DNA of 63,905 nt, counting the filler, from Octopus bimaculoides (lineage: Eukaryota): assembly GCF_001194135.2 (NCBI RefSeq). It is 6 parts of 6 records of this genome, joined end to end, with 100 filler letters (N's around TTAATTAATTAA, not from the genome) between each part and the next. Parts side by side here need not be neighbours in the genome. Positions count along the whole stretch, not along the records: positions 40,839 to 53,971 come from NC_068982.1; 5 more parts are not named here. One strand, given 5' to 3'. The notes below the pieces were generated by a model, which was not told the DNA's origin, ran no database searches, and was given only the letters and a program-made list of their open reading frames with translations. Below are positions 40,839-51,430 of the stretch, piece by piece. Numbering within the stretch: the stretch's first letter is position 1; each line of letters begins with the position of its first letter. Made by a program: the position numbers and the translations under genes.

Positions 40839-41251
40839 GTTTCAAATATAGGATGTTTTTGAAAGACACTATATTTTATAATGAGATTATATATACTTTC
40901 TCACAACAATTAAAATATATTTAGTTTAGATCATTTATTTATTTTAAATCGTTCATCTTTCTCCCCCCTCTCACTCTCTCTCTCACACACACACACACAT
41001 ACTACTTTGGGAGCGAAAGAGTTTTGTTTATATTTCACACTGAAGAAAAAAGTTTATTGACAATCCATTTATTTAACAACAATGAAACAAAGGTATGTAA
41101 CAATTTGTCAGTGAATTACACAATATAAATGGGTAAAATTTCTGAGGCTTCCATCACACCCCCAACCCGTTTTTCTGACCAGAAAAAGGGTTTTGTAGCA
41201 TATTAGCAGGCCAGGATAGTTGATTCCACACAAAAAATTCGATTTATTTTT

Positions 41252-41400
41252 GGTAAATTTTCAAATTAACACCTGCACGATTTTCACTAGGGTGTTAGGG
41301 CTAGGGTTAGGGTTAGGGTTTTAGCGTGTGAGTGTTAATCTGAAAATTTACCTTATTGTTTTCTTAGTGAAAATCGTGTAAGTGTTATCTAAAAATTTAG
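41252..41400. repeat. Inverted repeat enclosing short telomere-like (TTAGGG) repeats
   Basis: Arm ggtaaattttcaaattaacacctgcacgattttcactag versus ttagtgaaaatcgtgtaagtgttatctaaaaatttag; centre gggtgttagggctagggttagggttagggtt. Confidence 0.6.
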
Positions 41401-41544
41401 CTGGAGTTTTTCATGGTAAATTTGAGATTTAAAAAATTTTTTTATCCATATTCTTAATCTCCATATTTTTCCAGGACATTGAAAAATAGATGGTGAAAAG
41501 ATCAATGTGTGGGGGGAGTGAAATTCCGAGGATTTCAGCACACC

Positions 41545-41688
41545 ATGGCAGGCATCCATGTGGGGGAGCCATGCTTGTCACATGGGCAACTTTATGTGGC
41601 CTGCTCCCGTGTGGGTAGTAGAAACGCTCTTTTTGTGTATGCTCCTCAGGGCAGAACACGCAATGTTGTCTATAGCAAAGTTTTATAG
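41545..41688 (+). mobile_element. Helitron Rep/PIF1-helicase C-terminal remnant
   Basis: Short frame absent from the ORF track: MAGIHVGEPCLSHGQLYVACSRVGSRNALFVYAPQGRTRNVVYSKVL*. It contains helicase motif VI (HGQLYVAxSR) and the typical Helitron ending (T.NVVY..VL). Confidence 0.8.
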
Positions 41689-42728
41689 ACAAGTTGTCAT
41701 TGCAGCCGATGTGGTTATAAACAGTGATCCGGAAGCATTGGCCGGACATATTCTCAAACCATAGCAACATGACTTATGGACTCTTCCTCTTTTTTATTGG
41801 ACAATGCTAACTTCTTCAACAACAATGCTCCCTCGGCTGATATCAATGATTGGCTAAGTTGCTCACAGAGCTAACCTAGAAGGGACAGGCCCCTTATTTT
41901 TTGGTTAAGGCTTTTGGTAAGTTTTCCTAAGTTACTCCAATCCAGATCCCCAATGCAAACCTTCAGATAAACCTTCTCCTATGCAGATCTCTAAAGACTT
42001 TCATGCTGAAATGTTCCACATAAATTTTTCTTTTCAGATTTATGAACTTTACTTCTTGTTTGTTCTTGCACCATTTTGTGTTTGTGAACTCTAATTATGA
42101 ACAACAATGCCCTCACTTTCTTTCTTGTATTCATGTTTGGACATTTTTCTTTAACACCTACTGTAGCTTTTGCTACTATTTTTATGAGTTTGTATTTCGT
42201 GTTTTTCTCTTGTGAGAATCACACTGGTCCCAAGATGATGTAGTAAGACCAAATTATGGCATATTGAAGTCATTTAGCCTTTTATAGGCTCAGCACATTA
42301 ATCTGTAATGACTGGTCATTTTACCAATCATATGAGTTTTGAACATTGGTTGAGTATCGTATGGGATTTGGATCAAAGGTCCAGTCACATTGTGTGTAAT
42401 ACATTCTCAAACAACTAATTGGTATGTACTCTGGAGCCTACTTCTTTCTCAGAAACTGGTGCAACAAATTATCTAAGACCAAAGGGGTGAGTGTTTTTCA
42501 TCAAGGCGAGTTGCGCTGATATCCTACCATTTTCACCAAAGAAAAATTAATATAACAGAGCACATCTAACCAACGATGACCCAGACTGGATTATCCAAAC
42601 AATGGATGACTACAACCATCAGAAGTTGTAATGTTTCTTACTTGATCCTCTGTACCACTTTATGAAGAGATAAAGTCAACTGCCTGAAACAAGTGAAAGA
42701 ATAATACACACACACACACACACACATA

Positions 42729-44003
42729 TCATCATCATCATTTAACGTCCACTTTCCATGCTAGCATGGGTTGGACGATTTGACTGAGGACTGGTGAAAC
42801 CGGATGGCAACACCAGGCTCCAGTCTAATTTGGCAGAGTTTCTACAGCTGGATGCCCTTCCTAACGCCAACCACTCAGAGAGTGTAGTGGGTGCTTTTAC
42901 GTGTCACCTGCACGAAAACGGCCACGCTCGAAATGGTGTTTTTTATGTGCCNNNNNNNNNNNNNNNNNNNNNNNNNNNNNNNNNNNNNNNNNNNNNNNNN
43001 NNNNNNNNNNNNNNNNNNNNNNNNNNNNNNNNNNNNNNNNNNNNNNNNNNNNNNNNNNNNNNNNNNNNNNNNNNNNNNNNNNNNNNNNNNNNNNNNNNNN
43101 NNNNNNNNNNNNNNNNNNNNNNNNNNNNNNNNNNNNNNNNNNNNNNNNNNNNNNNNNNNNNNNNNNNNNNNNNNNNNNNNNNNNNNNNNNNNNNNNNNNN
43201 NNNNNNNNNNNNNNNNNNNNNNNNNNNNNNNNNNNNNNNNNNNNNNNNNNNNNNNNNNNNNNNNNNNNNNNNNNNNNNNNNNNNNNNNNNNNNNNNNNNN
43301 NNNNNNNNNNNNNNNNNNNNNNNNNNNNNNNNNNNNNNNNNNNNNNNNNNNNNNNNNNNNNNNNNNNNNNNNNNNNNNNNNNNNNNNNNNNNNNNNNNNN
43401 NNNNNNNNNNNNNNNNNNNNNNNNNNNNNNNNNNNNNNNNNNNNNNNNNNNNNNNNNNNNNNNNNNNNNNNNNNNNNNNNNNNNNNNNNNNNNNNNNNNN
43501 NNNNNNNNNNNNNNNNNNNNNNNNNNNNNNNNNNNNNNNNNNNNNNNNNNNNNNNNNNNNNNNNNNNNNNNNNNNNNNNNNNNNNNNNNNNNNNNNNNNN
43601 NNNNNNNNNNNNNNNNNNNNNNNNNNNNNNNNNNNNNNNNNNNNNNNNNNNNNNNNNNNNNNNNNNNNNNNACGCATGCGTCATACAGTCTGCCATTTAC
43701 TCTGAGTGAGAGTCCCTTTGTCGCCAGCAGAGGTAAGAGCTCTCTAAACTTTGCCCAGGCTATTCTTATTCTAGCAGCTACACTTTCAGCGCACCCACCC
43801 CCACTACTAACTTGGTTGCCCAGATAGCGGAAGCTATCGACTACCTCTAGTTTTTCACCCTGGAATGAGATAGAAGTTGTTTCCTGTTTGTTTACAGTCT
43901 TTATTGCACCTGAACATCTGCCACAAACAAAAACTAACTTGCTAGTTAACCTGCCTTTGATGTTGCTGCACCTCTTATGTGTCCATAGCTTGCACCTGGT
44001 ACA
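42729..44003 (-). mobile_element. Young 5'-truncated RTE LINE (ORF2 C-terminal part, gap, 3' UTR, (GAT)n tail)
   Basis: Open frame CTRCKLWTHKRCS...CGRC...LEVVDSFRYLG...RIRIAWAKFRELLPLL...GRLYDAC; 3' UTR beyond the 720-N gap. Confidence 0.88.
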
Positions 44004-44992
44004 TATATATATATATATCATTATCATTTAACACCCATGTTCTATACTGGCAGGAATTAGATGGTTTGACAAGAACCGATGTGTCCAAGGATTGGATCAA
44101 GCTCCAGTGTCTATTGTAGCATTGTTTTTATGGTTTTCTAACATCAACCACTTGAGAGTTTGGACTAAGTGAAGTTGCTTTTCAAGCCACCTGCACTATT
44201 GAGGTTACCATACAGATTGCAGGACTATGAGCTCTGGGGTAGGTAGGGTTGGGGCTGGAGCTCAGTTCCTTGCCAAAGGATGAGGGGATTACTATGAGAG
44301 ATGGGATCTGAGCAAGTTCCTGCAGAGGTATCTCCATGGCTTCTCACATCTAGTATGGAAATAAATAAACACAGAGTGGAAGAGAAAATGATTAGTAAGA
44401 ACTGCAAAACATTGATAATGGTAGTAAGGTGCCCAGGTAGCCCCACAAGGCACAAGCTGATTAGAAGCTGATCTGGGAACAGGTGGGTTACGTCTCTGAC
44501 ATGTGTGCTCAATTTTGATTTCAAAGTATTTAAAAAGTTATTTGGAAATGATAAAGAGAAATGAACAACAGAATTGGGCTGTCCACATTTTAAAACTAAA
44601 AATAAAAAAAAAAATTCCCAAAACCTTTTCCCCTTGTCGCCCACACCACTTTCAAACTTTCACTTTTAGTGTAGCAGTCAACACATGCGCAATGGTGAAA
44701 AGGGTTTCAAAACTTCGTGTTTATGCTGTAGACTGCGAGGGTAGGGTAGGGGTAATCTTTTTCCTTTTTAAATTGAAATTTTACAAAAAGTTTTGGAAAT
44801 TTTTTTCAGAATTACAATCTCCATATTTTTCCACATATNNNNNNNNNNATGAAAAATAAAAAATAAAGGTGAGTTTTGGTGGGGTACAAAAGGAAGTCTT
44901 GCCACTGATCTTGGCGGCAGGGCCGGATTAAGACCCATTGAGGCCCTAAGCATTTATAAGATTTTGGTACCCCCATAAAAGATTACTATTTA

Positions 44993-45367
44993 CTCTTTTA
45001 CTTGTTTCAGTCATTTGACTGCCGCCATGCTGGAGCACCGCCTTTAGTCAAGAAAATCGACCCTAGTACTTATTCTATCGGTTTCTTTTTGCCGAACCGC
45101 TACGTTACGAGGACGTAAACACACCAGCATCGGTTGTCAAACGATGGTGGGGGGACAAACACAGACACACATACCTATACATATATATATATATACATAT
45201 ATACTACGGGCTTCTTTCAGTTTCCGTCTACCAAATCCACTCACATGGTTTTGGTCAGCCCGAGGCTATAGTCGAAGACACTTGCCCAAGGTGCCACGCA
45301 GTGGGACTGAACTCAGAATCATGTGGTTGGTAAGCAAGCTACTTACCACACAGCCACTCCTGCGCCT
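44993..45367 (-). mobile_element. SINE family B, complete young copy
   Basis: Minus-strand head aggcgcaggagtggctgtgtggtaag (A-box-like) ...gagttcagtccc (B-box-like), central (TA/TG)n tract, tail ending gaaacaagtaaaag. Confidence 0.8.
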
Positions 45368-45991
45368 ATGTAATTCAAAATATAAACAATAACAAACCAT
45401 AAAATAAATTTTTATTTAGCGGACATAAAGTATGTGGACCGCACCCTTTTGTTTTTTTGTTTTGTTTTTTTTTTGTTTTTTTTTTGTTTTTTTACAGAAT
45501 TCCCCATTTTCGCGTACGGAGATTCTGATTCTGCAGAGAAAAAATAAATACTTCAATTTTCACTTTTTTCAGAATTTTTTTTTTTTTTTTTTTTTGCGAA
45601 ATATGTAGAAAAATACGTGGGGGAATGAAAATTTTAAAAGTAGAATCAATAGCGTTTATTTTTGTATACTTTCACTTTAGCAAAGTCTTTGATCAGATCC
45701 TAATCTTAGGTAACACCTCTGCATCTATACTTAGTAGGGATAAAGGCTTCCTAAATATTATTTTAGCAAGTTTAAAGTGGTTTCTTCTGTAGTGCCCTGT
45801 CCTTCCCTCGATGTTCTAAGCACATGCTTATTCTGATTAATCCAACGCTGCTTGGCGGGGTTTGAACTCAGACAAAATCAGATCGAACTAATTACGCTAT
45901 CCTCAATGAGCTGATAGATATACAATTTTACAATTAACAGCCAAATTTCCTTCAAATTAACCCATCATCTGAAAAACGGACACATTCGATA

Positions 45992-46144
45992 ATGTACATT
46001 ATTTGTCCTCATCTTGTTTGTTGTTAGCACAACGTTTCGGCTGATACACCCTCCAGGTTCTCATTCCTCATGTTATTATTATTCAGGAATCGAACTCGGA
46101 ATGCTTGCTCTTAGCCACTACGCCATATGTCCATGGGCAATTAT
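45992..46144 (-). mobile_element. Second, internally deleted copy of the same SINE in inverted (head-to-head) orientation
   Basis: Minus strand: ataattgcccatggacatatggcgtagtgg..gagttcgattcc..ggagggtgtatcagccGAAACGTTGTG..aaacaagatgaggacaaat. Confidence 0.6.
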
Positions 46145-46186
46145 AGAGTGAATTTTAGGGCTTATAGATTTATTAAAGCTCACATC

Positions 46187-46398
46187 ATAATTGCCCATGG
46201 GTATATGGCGTTGTGGTTAAGAGCGCAGGCTACTAACCCCAAGATTCCGAGTTCAATTCCAGGCAGTGAACTGAATAATAATAGTAAGAACAACATCGAA
46301 AAATACCTTAGGAAATTTCCCCAAGATACCTGATAAAGGCTGGAAGGTATATAAGCCGAAACAAACAAGATGAGGGCAAATATCCGTCAAATGTACAT
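46187..46398 (+). mobile_element. tRNA-headed SINE with a hammerhead-ribozyme-like (Penelope-type) tail
   Basis: A box tggcgttgtgg, B box gagttcaattcc, then CTGATAA-AGGCTggaaggtatataAGCC-GAAAC (46330-46362) and tail aaacaagatgagggcaaatatccgtcaaatgtac. Confidence 0.6.
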
Positions 46399-46519
46399 AT
46401 TTCCTCATCTCTTAAATATGTATTCGATAATGTAGTCCTACACATACCGTCTAATTAAAAGGGTAGTATTATCACAAATGGCGATCTAAAACAAAAAGTA
46501 AATAGGAAAAATAACTTAC

Positions 46520-46880
46520 AAGACTCGTCTGATTGGAGTGAAGGGTACATTCCACCATTACATGATTGACGAACGTTCACATTCAAGTTGTTGAGAACTT
46601 CAACCTGACTAGTTTGGAATTGGAAAGATTTTTTCAAACGGGGTTCTAAACTGATAAAAGTTCTCTTCCACCATCTCTTGAAGCTGGAATCTAAAACATC
46701 GCAAGATACGGATGTTGCAGTGAATGTAAAACTGTACGGATGAATTTGCATCACATTCGAGGAGCTGTTTATTTTTTGTGGTAAAGGCCAAACACGAACA
46801 TTGCTATTAAGTGCAACACAGAAAGTCGACAGTAGTAATAGGAAGAACGTACGAGAAAGAGAAACGTAACCGCTCGCCAT
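46520..46880 (-). CDS. HEXB: Beta-hexosaminidase (GH20, HEXA/HEXB-like) coding exon 1
   Basis: MASGYVSLSRTFFLLLLSTFCVAL (signal peptide), then VWPLPQ, CDVLDSSFKRW and CNGGMYPSLQSDES, matching the N-terminal domain of lysosomal hexosaminidases. The exon ends TCT T|GTAAGT (donor at 46519, phase 1, inside the expected Tyr codon), the same position as intron 1 of vertebrate HEXA/HEXB. A versus B orthology cannot be resolved. Confidence 0.87.
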
Positions 46881-47100
46881 TGTTGACACTGAGAAAATAA
46901 ATGGAAAGGAAGACAAAATCACTGATTTTAGTTAACAACTTCTTGCCGTTCACTCTGTCAAACCGGCAGTGCGTCTACGACTGATAATTGAGCGACAACT
47001 GACTGCATATGAATATATATAGATATATATAGGTGATGGTGGTGGGAGTACAATGAGTAATGTTTACTGAATTTTCGTTGACTAAGAGAAAAACAAAAAT
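46881..47100 (-). promoter_or_regulatory. Probable 5' UTR/promoter of the hexosaminidase gene, in a locally CpG-retaining island
   Basis: Unique, CpG-containing sequence immediately upstream of the ATG, with CpG-poor DNA further out on both sides. No TSS data. Confidence 0.4.
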
Positions 47101-47115
47101 TTACAAACTCTCTTT

Positions 47116-47582
47116 AACCTTTTACTTGTTTCAGTCTTTTGACTGTGGCCATGCTGGAGCACCGCATTTTTTTTAGTCGAGCAAATCGACCCCCAGGACT
47201 TATTCTTCGGAAGCCTAGTACTTATTCTATCGGTCTCTTTTGCCGAACCGCTAGGTTACGGGTACGTAAACACACCAGCATCAGTTGTCAAGCGATGTTG
47301 GGGGGACAAACCCATTGCCGAACCGCTAAGTTACGGGGACGTAAACACACCAGCATCAGTTGTCAAGCGATGTTGGAGGGACAAACCCAGNNNNNNNNNN
47401 TATATACACACCACACTTATACGACGGGCTTCTTTCAGTTTCTGTCTACCAAATCCACTCACAAGGCTTTGGTCGGCCCGAGGCTATAGTAGAAGACACT
47501 TGCCCAAGATGCCACGCAGTGGGACTGAACCCGGGACCATGTGGTTGGTAAGCAAGCTACTTACCACACAGCCACTCCTGCC
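47116..47582 (-). mobile_element. SINE family B, complete, with an internal 75-bp tandem duplication
   Basis: Colinear with 44993-45367; segment starting gccgaaccg occurs at 47242 and again at 47317. Confidence 0.8.
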
Positions 47583-47703
47583 TTCACTTACCTTACAAAA
47601 ACTGTATCAGCTAAGCAACCTTCTCTTAATGCATTGAAAAATCTATAACATATTCGGAACAAATATTTCAGAAAATTATCTCCATTCACTTTGAGCATAT
47701 AAA

Positions 47704-48050
47704 TTTAGATGGGGCAAAATGAGTAAGACACGATAAGGTAAGTTTGTTTCTTCAGTCCTCCAGAACTGCATTTGAAAGAAAAACTCGTATACATCGATAT
47801 CTATCTTTAGACATCAGAAACAAAAGTGATAATAAAATGTTTTGGTCAAATGAAAGAGAATCATGAAAAAATAGCATATGATATGAAATTAACGAAACTC
47901 GACAAAATCTAAGAACTCAAAATATTATCGATAGCTCCATGCTCTGCCTAGAGTGGCTCACCTTGTGATATATTTACATATCATGCAGTTAAAAAGAAGA
48001 AATTCAATAGTTTCTTCTCTTAGTCATTACTCATTTTGCCCCGCTTTAGA
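47704..48050. mobile_element. MITE-like element with terminal inverted repeats
   Basis: ggggcaaaatgagtaa (about 47711) versus ttactcattttgcccc (about 48027). The same end motif occurs at about 3398 and 3592. Confidence 0.45.
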
Positions 48051-48106
48051 CATCATCTATGAAAATTGAAAATGATCAAATTAGACATTAATTCTCCTCC
48101 TCCTCC

Positions 48107-51100
48107 TCATCATCATCATTTAACGTCCGTTTTCCATGCTGTCATGGGTTGGACGGTTTGACCGAAGCTGGTAAGGCCAGGGGCCACACCAGGCTCCACT
48201 GTTCTGGGATGGTTTCTATGGCTGGATGCCCTAATGCCACCCACTCTACAGAGTATACTGGGTGCTCTCTATGTGATATCAGCACTAGTGCTTTTAACAT
48301 GATACAACCACCAGTGTTTTTTATGTGGCACCGACACCATTGTCAATTCTGGTGTGGCAGATAGTTCTTCTTGAGTGCAGCAATGCACCAGATATCTTGG
48401 TCCTTAATCATCCCCTACATAAGGTTCAATACTTTGTCCCATGTCTTCCTAGATCTCCCTTTTTCACAAGTTCCATCCACTTTAAGTGATCAACACTTCT
48501 GTATGCAACTGTCTACATCCATACGCATCACATGACCATATCAACACAGTCTTCTCTCTTGCACACTGCATCTAATTCCTCTTATACCCAACTTTTCTCT
48601 TAATACCCTAGCACTCTGTTGCACATGTACACTGACATTGCACATTTAGCAGAGCATATTAGCTTCATTCCTCTCTAGCCTTCATATGTCTTCTGCATTC
48701 AGGACCCACATCTCACTACCATGTAGCATCATTGTTCATATATATGCATCATAATCTTCCTTTCACTCAGACTGCCAACAGAAGTGACACTCTCTGAATT
48801 TTCTCCATCCTATTCTTTTAGCAATTAAACTTTCTATGCATCCTCCCTCACCAATAATTAGGTCCCCTAGGTAGCTGAAATTGTCCACTACCTCTAAAGA
48901 GCCTCTGGGGCATTTGAGAAAATCGATTTCCCGAGTATCTGTAGTTTTTATGGCTCCTGTGCATCTTCCACATACAAACACTACCCTCTCTGATAAGCTT
49001 TCTTATTATTCTACAGCACCTCTTATGTGTCCATAGCTTGCACTGGGTACTCAATATGGAATTCCTGCCTACACTTTTTCTATATAGCAAGCAGGGTCAT
49101 TTACCTGATAAGGGAAGGGTCCTGTCCATTTTCTTGCTTAATAGAACCTTTGTCTTTGCTAAGTTAATCTTAAGGCCCTTTGATTCCAGGTTTTACTTCT
49201 ACACCTGGAATTTCTTTTTTAGCTCTGTTACGGAATCTGCTATAAAAGTAAGATCATCAGCATATAACAGTTCTCAAGGGCAGTCAGTTTTGAATTCCTC
49301 TGTTATGACCTGGAGGATGATGATGAATAGGAGGGGACTGAGAACCAAACCCTGATGAATGCCTACCTCTACGCTAAATTCATAATTATACTCATGGTTA
49401 ACCTTACCGACAGAACCTCTGTACATGGCTTTCACAAGCCACTCATCTACCCCTAGCTTCCCCAGAGCCTATCATATCTCACAGCAGGGTACACTGTCCA
49501 AGTCAACAAACACGAAATACAATGTTTTATTCTTGGCCAAATACTTCTCCTGAAGTTGTTTGACTATAAAGATAGCATCAGTAGTGCTTCTCCCCTGCAC
49601 AAAGCCAATCTGTATTTTATCTACTCTGATTCTGCTCCTAATTAATTGGGTTATAACTCTTTCCATAACTTTCAAGACCTGATCCAGCAACTCGATGCCT
49701 CTGTAATCTCTTCTATCTGGAGCATCTCCCTTAACCTTGCAGCAGCTGACTAAAATGTTGCTGACCAGTCATTAGAGATGACACCATCCTGAATAACCTG
49801 ATTAATTATTCAGGTGACTAGACTGTATCCTACTCTGCTAAATATTTTAAGCATCTCAGTGGTGACTCCTGATGGGTGAGGGCTTTCTCTATCTTTACAT
49901 CCTTAATTGCCCTATGCATCTTACTGCCATCAACTTAAATAACTGGTCCCTGTGTTGAGTTTACATGGAGTAGGCTCCCTTTCACCCATTCATTCTCCAC
50001 ATTTAGCCTTTCATTGTAGTCTTTCCATGCCTCTTTCTTTTCTGAGTCACTAAGTGCAAGCATACCATTATCTATACATACACACTTCTCTCTCATAACA
50101 TCTTGCTTCTCTCTGACACACTGTGTAGTAATTCCTGAACACCTCACAGCTGTGAGACATTGGCAAACCTCTTCCTTTCTGCTTTTGCCCTGGCTAGGAT
50201 AAACCTGTCACCTAGCTTCCCTCTTGGCTACCTGATATAGCTTTTTGCTGCCTCCTTTTCTCCAGTCTTTCCAAGCCTGTCTCTTTGTTTTTATGACCCT
50301 ATCTACCTCAGGTAGATGGAGCCATAAAAGCAAAGAGACAGGTCACTCTCTATCTGGCAGAGATTTTGCCACCAGCCACAGATTTGGTCTGCAGTCTTCA
50401 GAAGGTTGTCTCATAGGAACTACCAGTTGTCTTCAATGTTATTCATCACAACCTCCTCCTCTTTCTCATCAAATGCTTTAATCAGAATGTCTCTATATAT
50501 CTGACTGTTTGGTGGATCTTTGAGCTTTCATAACTTCCTTTTCCAGACTGGTTTGCATCTCTGTGTCCATCTCACCCTAAGTCTGAAGTCACTCACTACT
50601 AACTTATGTTGAGTTGTACATTCCTGACTGGGAAAGGACTTTGCATTTATAAGTGTCTGTCTATATCTATTTCTGGTGAGGATGTAGTCAATTTTGCTTG
50701 TGTGCCCACCAGACTGATAAGTGATAAGATGTTTGACTGTTTTCTTGAAGTTAGTGCTGTAGACCAGCAAGTCATTTACATCACAGAACTTGAGGAGCCT
50801 TGTCCCCTCCTCATTTCTAGTGCCAAAGCCAAAACCTCCATGCACACCATAAAATCCACTGGTGTATTGCCCAACATGATCATTGAAATCACCAGCTATG
50901 ATAAGACCATTTTCCTTTGTTGTTGAGGTAGTCTACAGAAGAGGCCCATACAAACAGTCCTTGTGTTCATCAATTAATCCAGTATGTGGAGTATATGCAG
51001 AGATAAATGTCACTGTTACATTATACAAGAATATTCTTAACTTGATAATCCTATCACATACTCTGACAACATCCATCACCTTATCTACCCACTTCTCTGC

Positions 51101-51430
51101 CATGAGTATACCTACCTGCTTATACCTACACTTTTCCCTATCCAGAAGAATTTATATCTATGCTTCTGGCCTGCAAGCAATCTCACTGAGGTCCCTCACT
51201 ATCATACTTCTTGCATGCAGCAGACATCCACATTTCTTCACTCAAGCATTTTAACAATCTCACCAAACCTACCTTTCATAGTGTTGACATTGATCTAAGT
51301 TTGTGGACTTCAACAGAGTGTGATGGCATGCAGGGTATTGTGAAAAAGAAGAAGAGTACTTTTTCTAGCACATGACCAGGCATAGCATGTCCTTGCACAT
51401 GTCATTGAAAGCAGGTATAGGTAAATATGC
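48107..51430 (-). mobile_element. Near full-length decayed RTE LINE (AP endonuclease plus reverse transcriptase)
   Basis: Fragments INVNTMKG..DVCCMQE (endonuclease start), HGGFGFGTRNEEG..IDYILTR, GFVQGRSTTDAIF..FVDL, GIHQG.VLSPLLF..LLYADDL and FSYLG, followed by the RTE 3' UTR and tail; many stops and frameshifts. Confidence 0.92.

Noticed and set aside
46200-46265. tRNA genes here and at other SINE heads (8386, 16433, about 45300)
   Set aside because: They have A/B-box-like motifs but no complete cloverleaf, and each continues into a repeated SINE body.
46881-46922. Upstream MILSSFPFIFSVST extension, and downstream CKLFFLF... tail, of the hexosaminidase ORF
   Set aside because: The track start is a non-ATG codon. 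The ATG at 46880 has good context and begins the signal peptide. The tail is read-through past the GTAAGT donor.
47725-47745. Perfect AAG|GTAAGT donor as exon 1 of a divergent plus-strand gene
   Set aside because: It lies just inside the terminal repeat of a MITE-like element, and no matching ORF or downstream exon was found.
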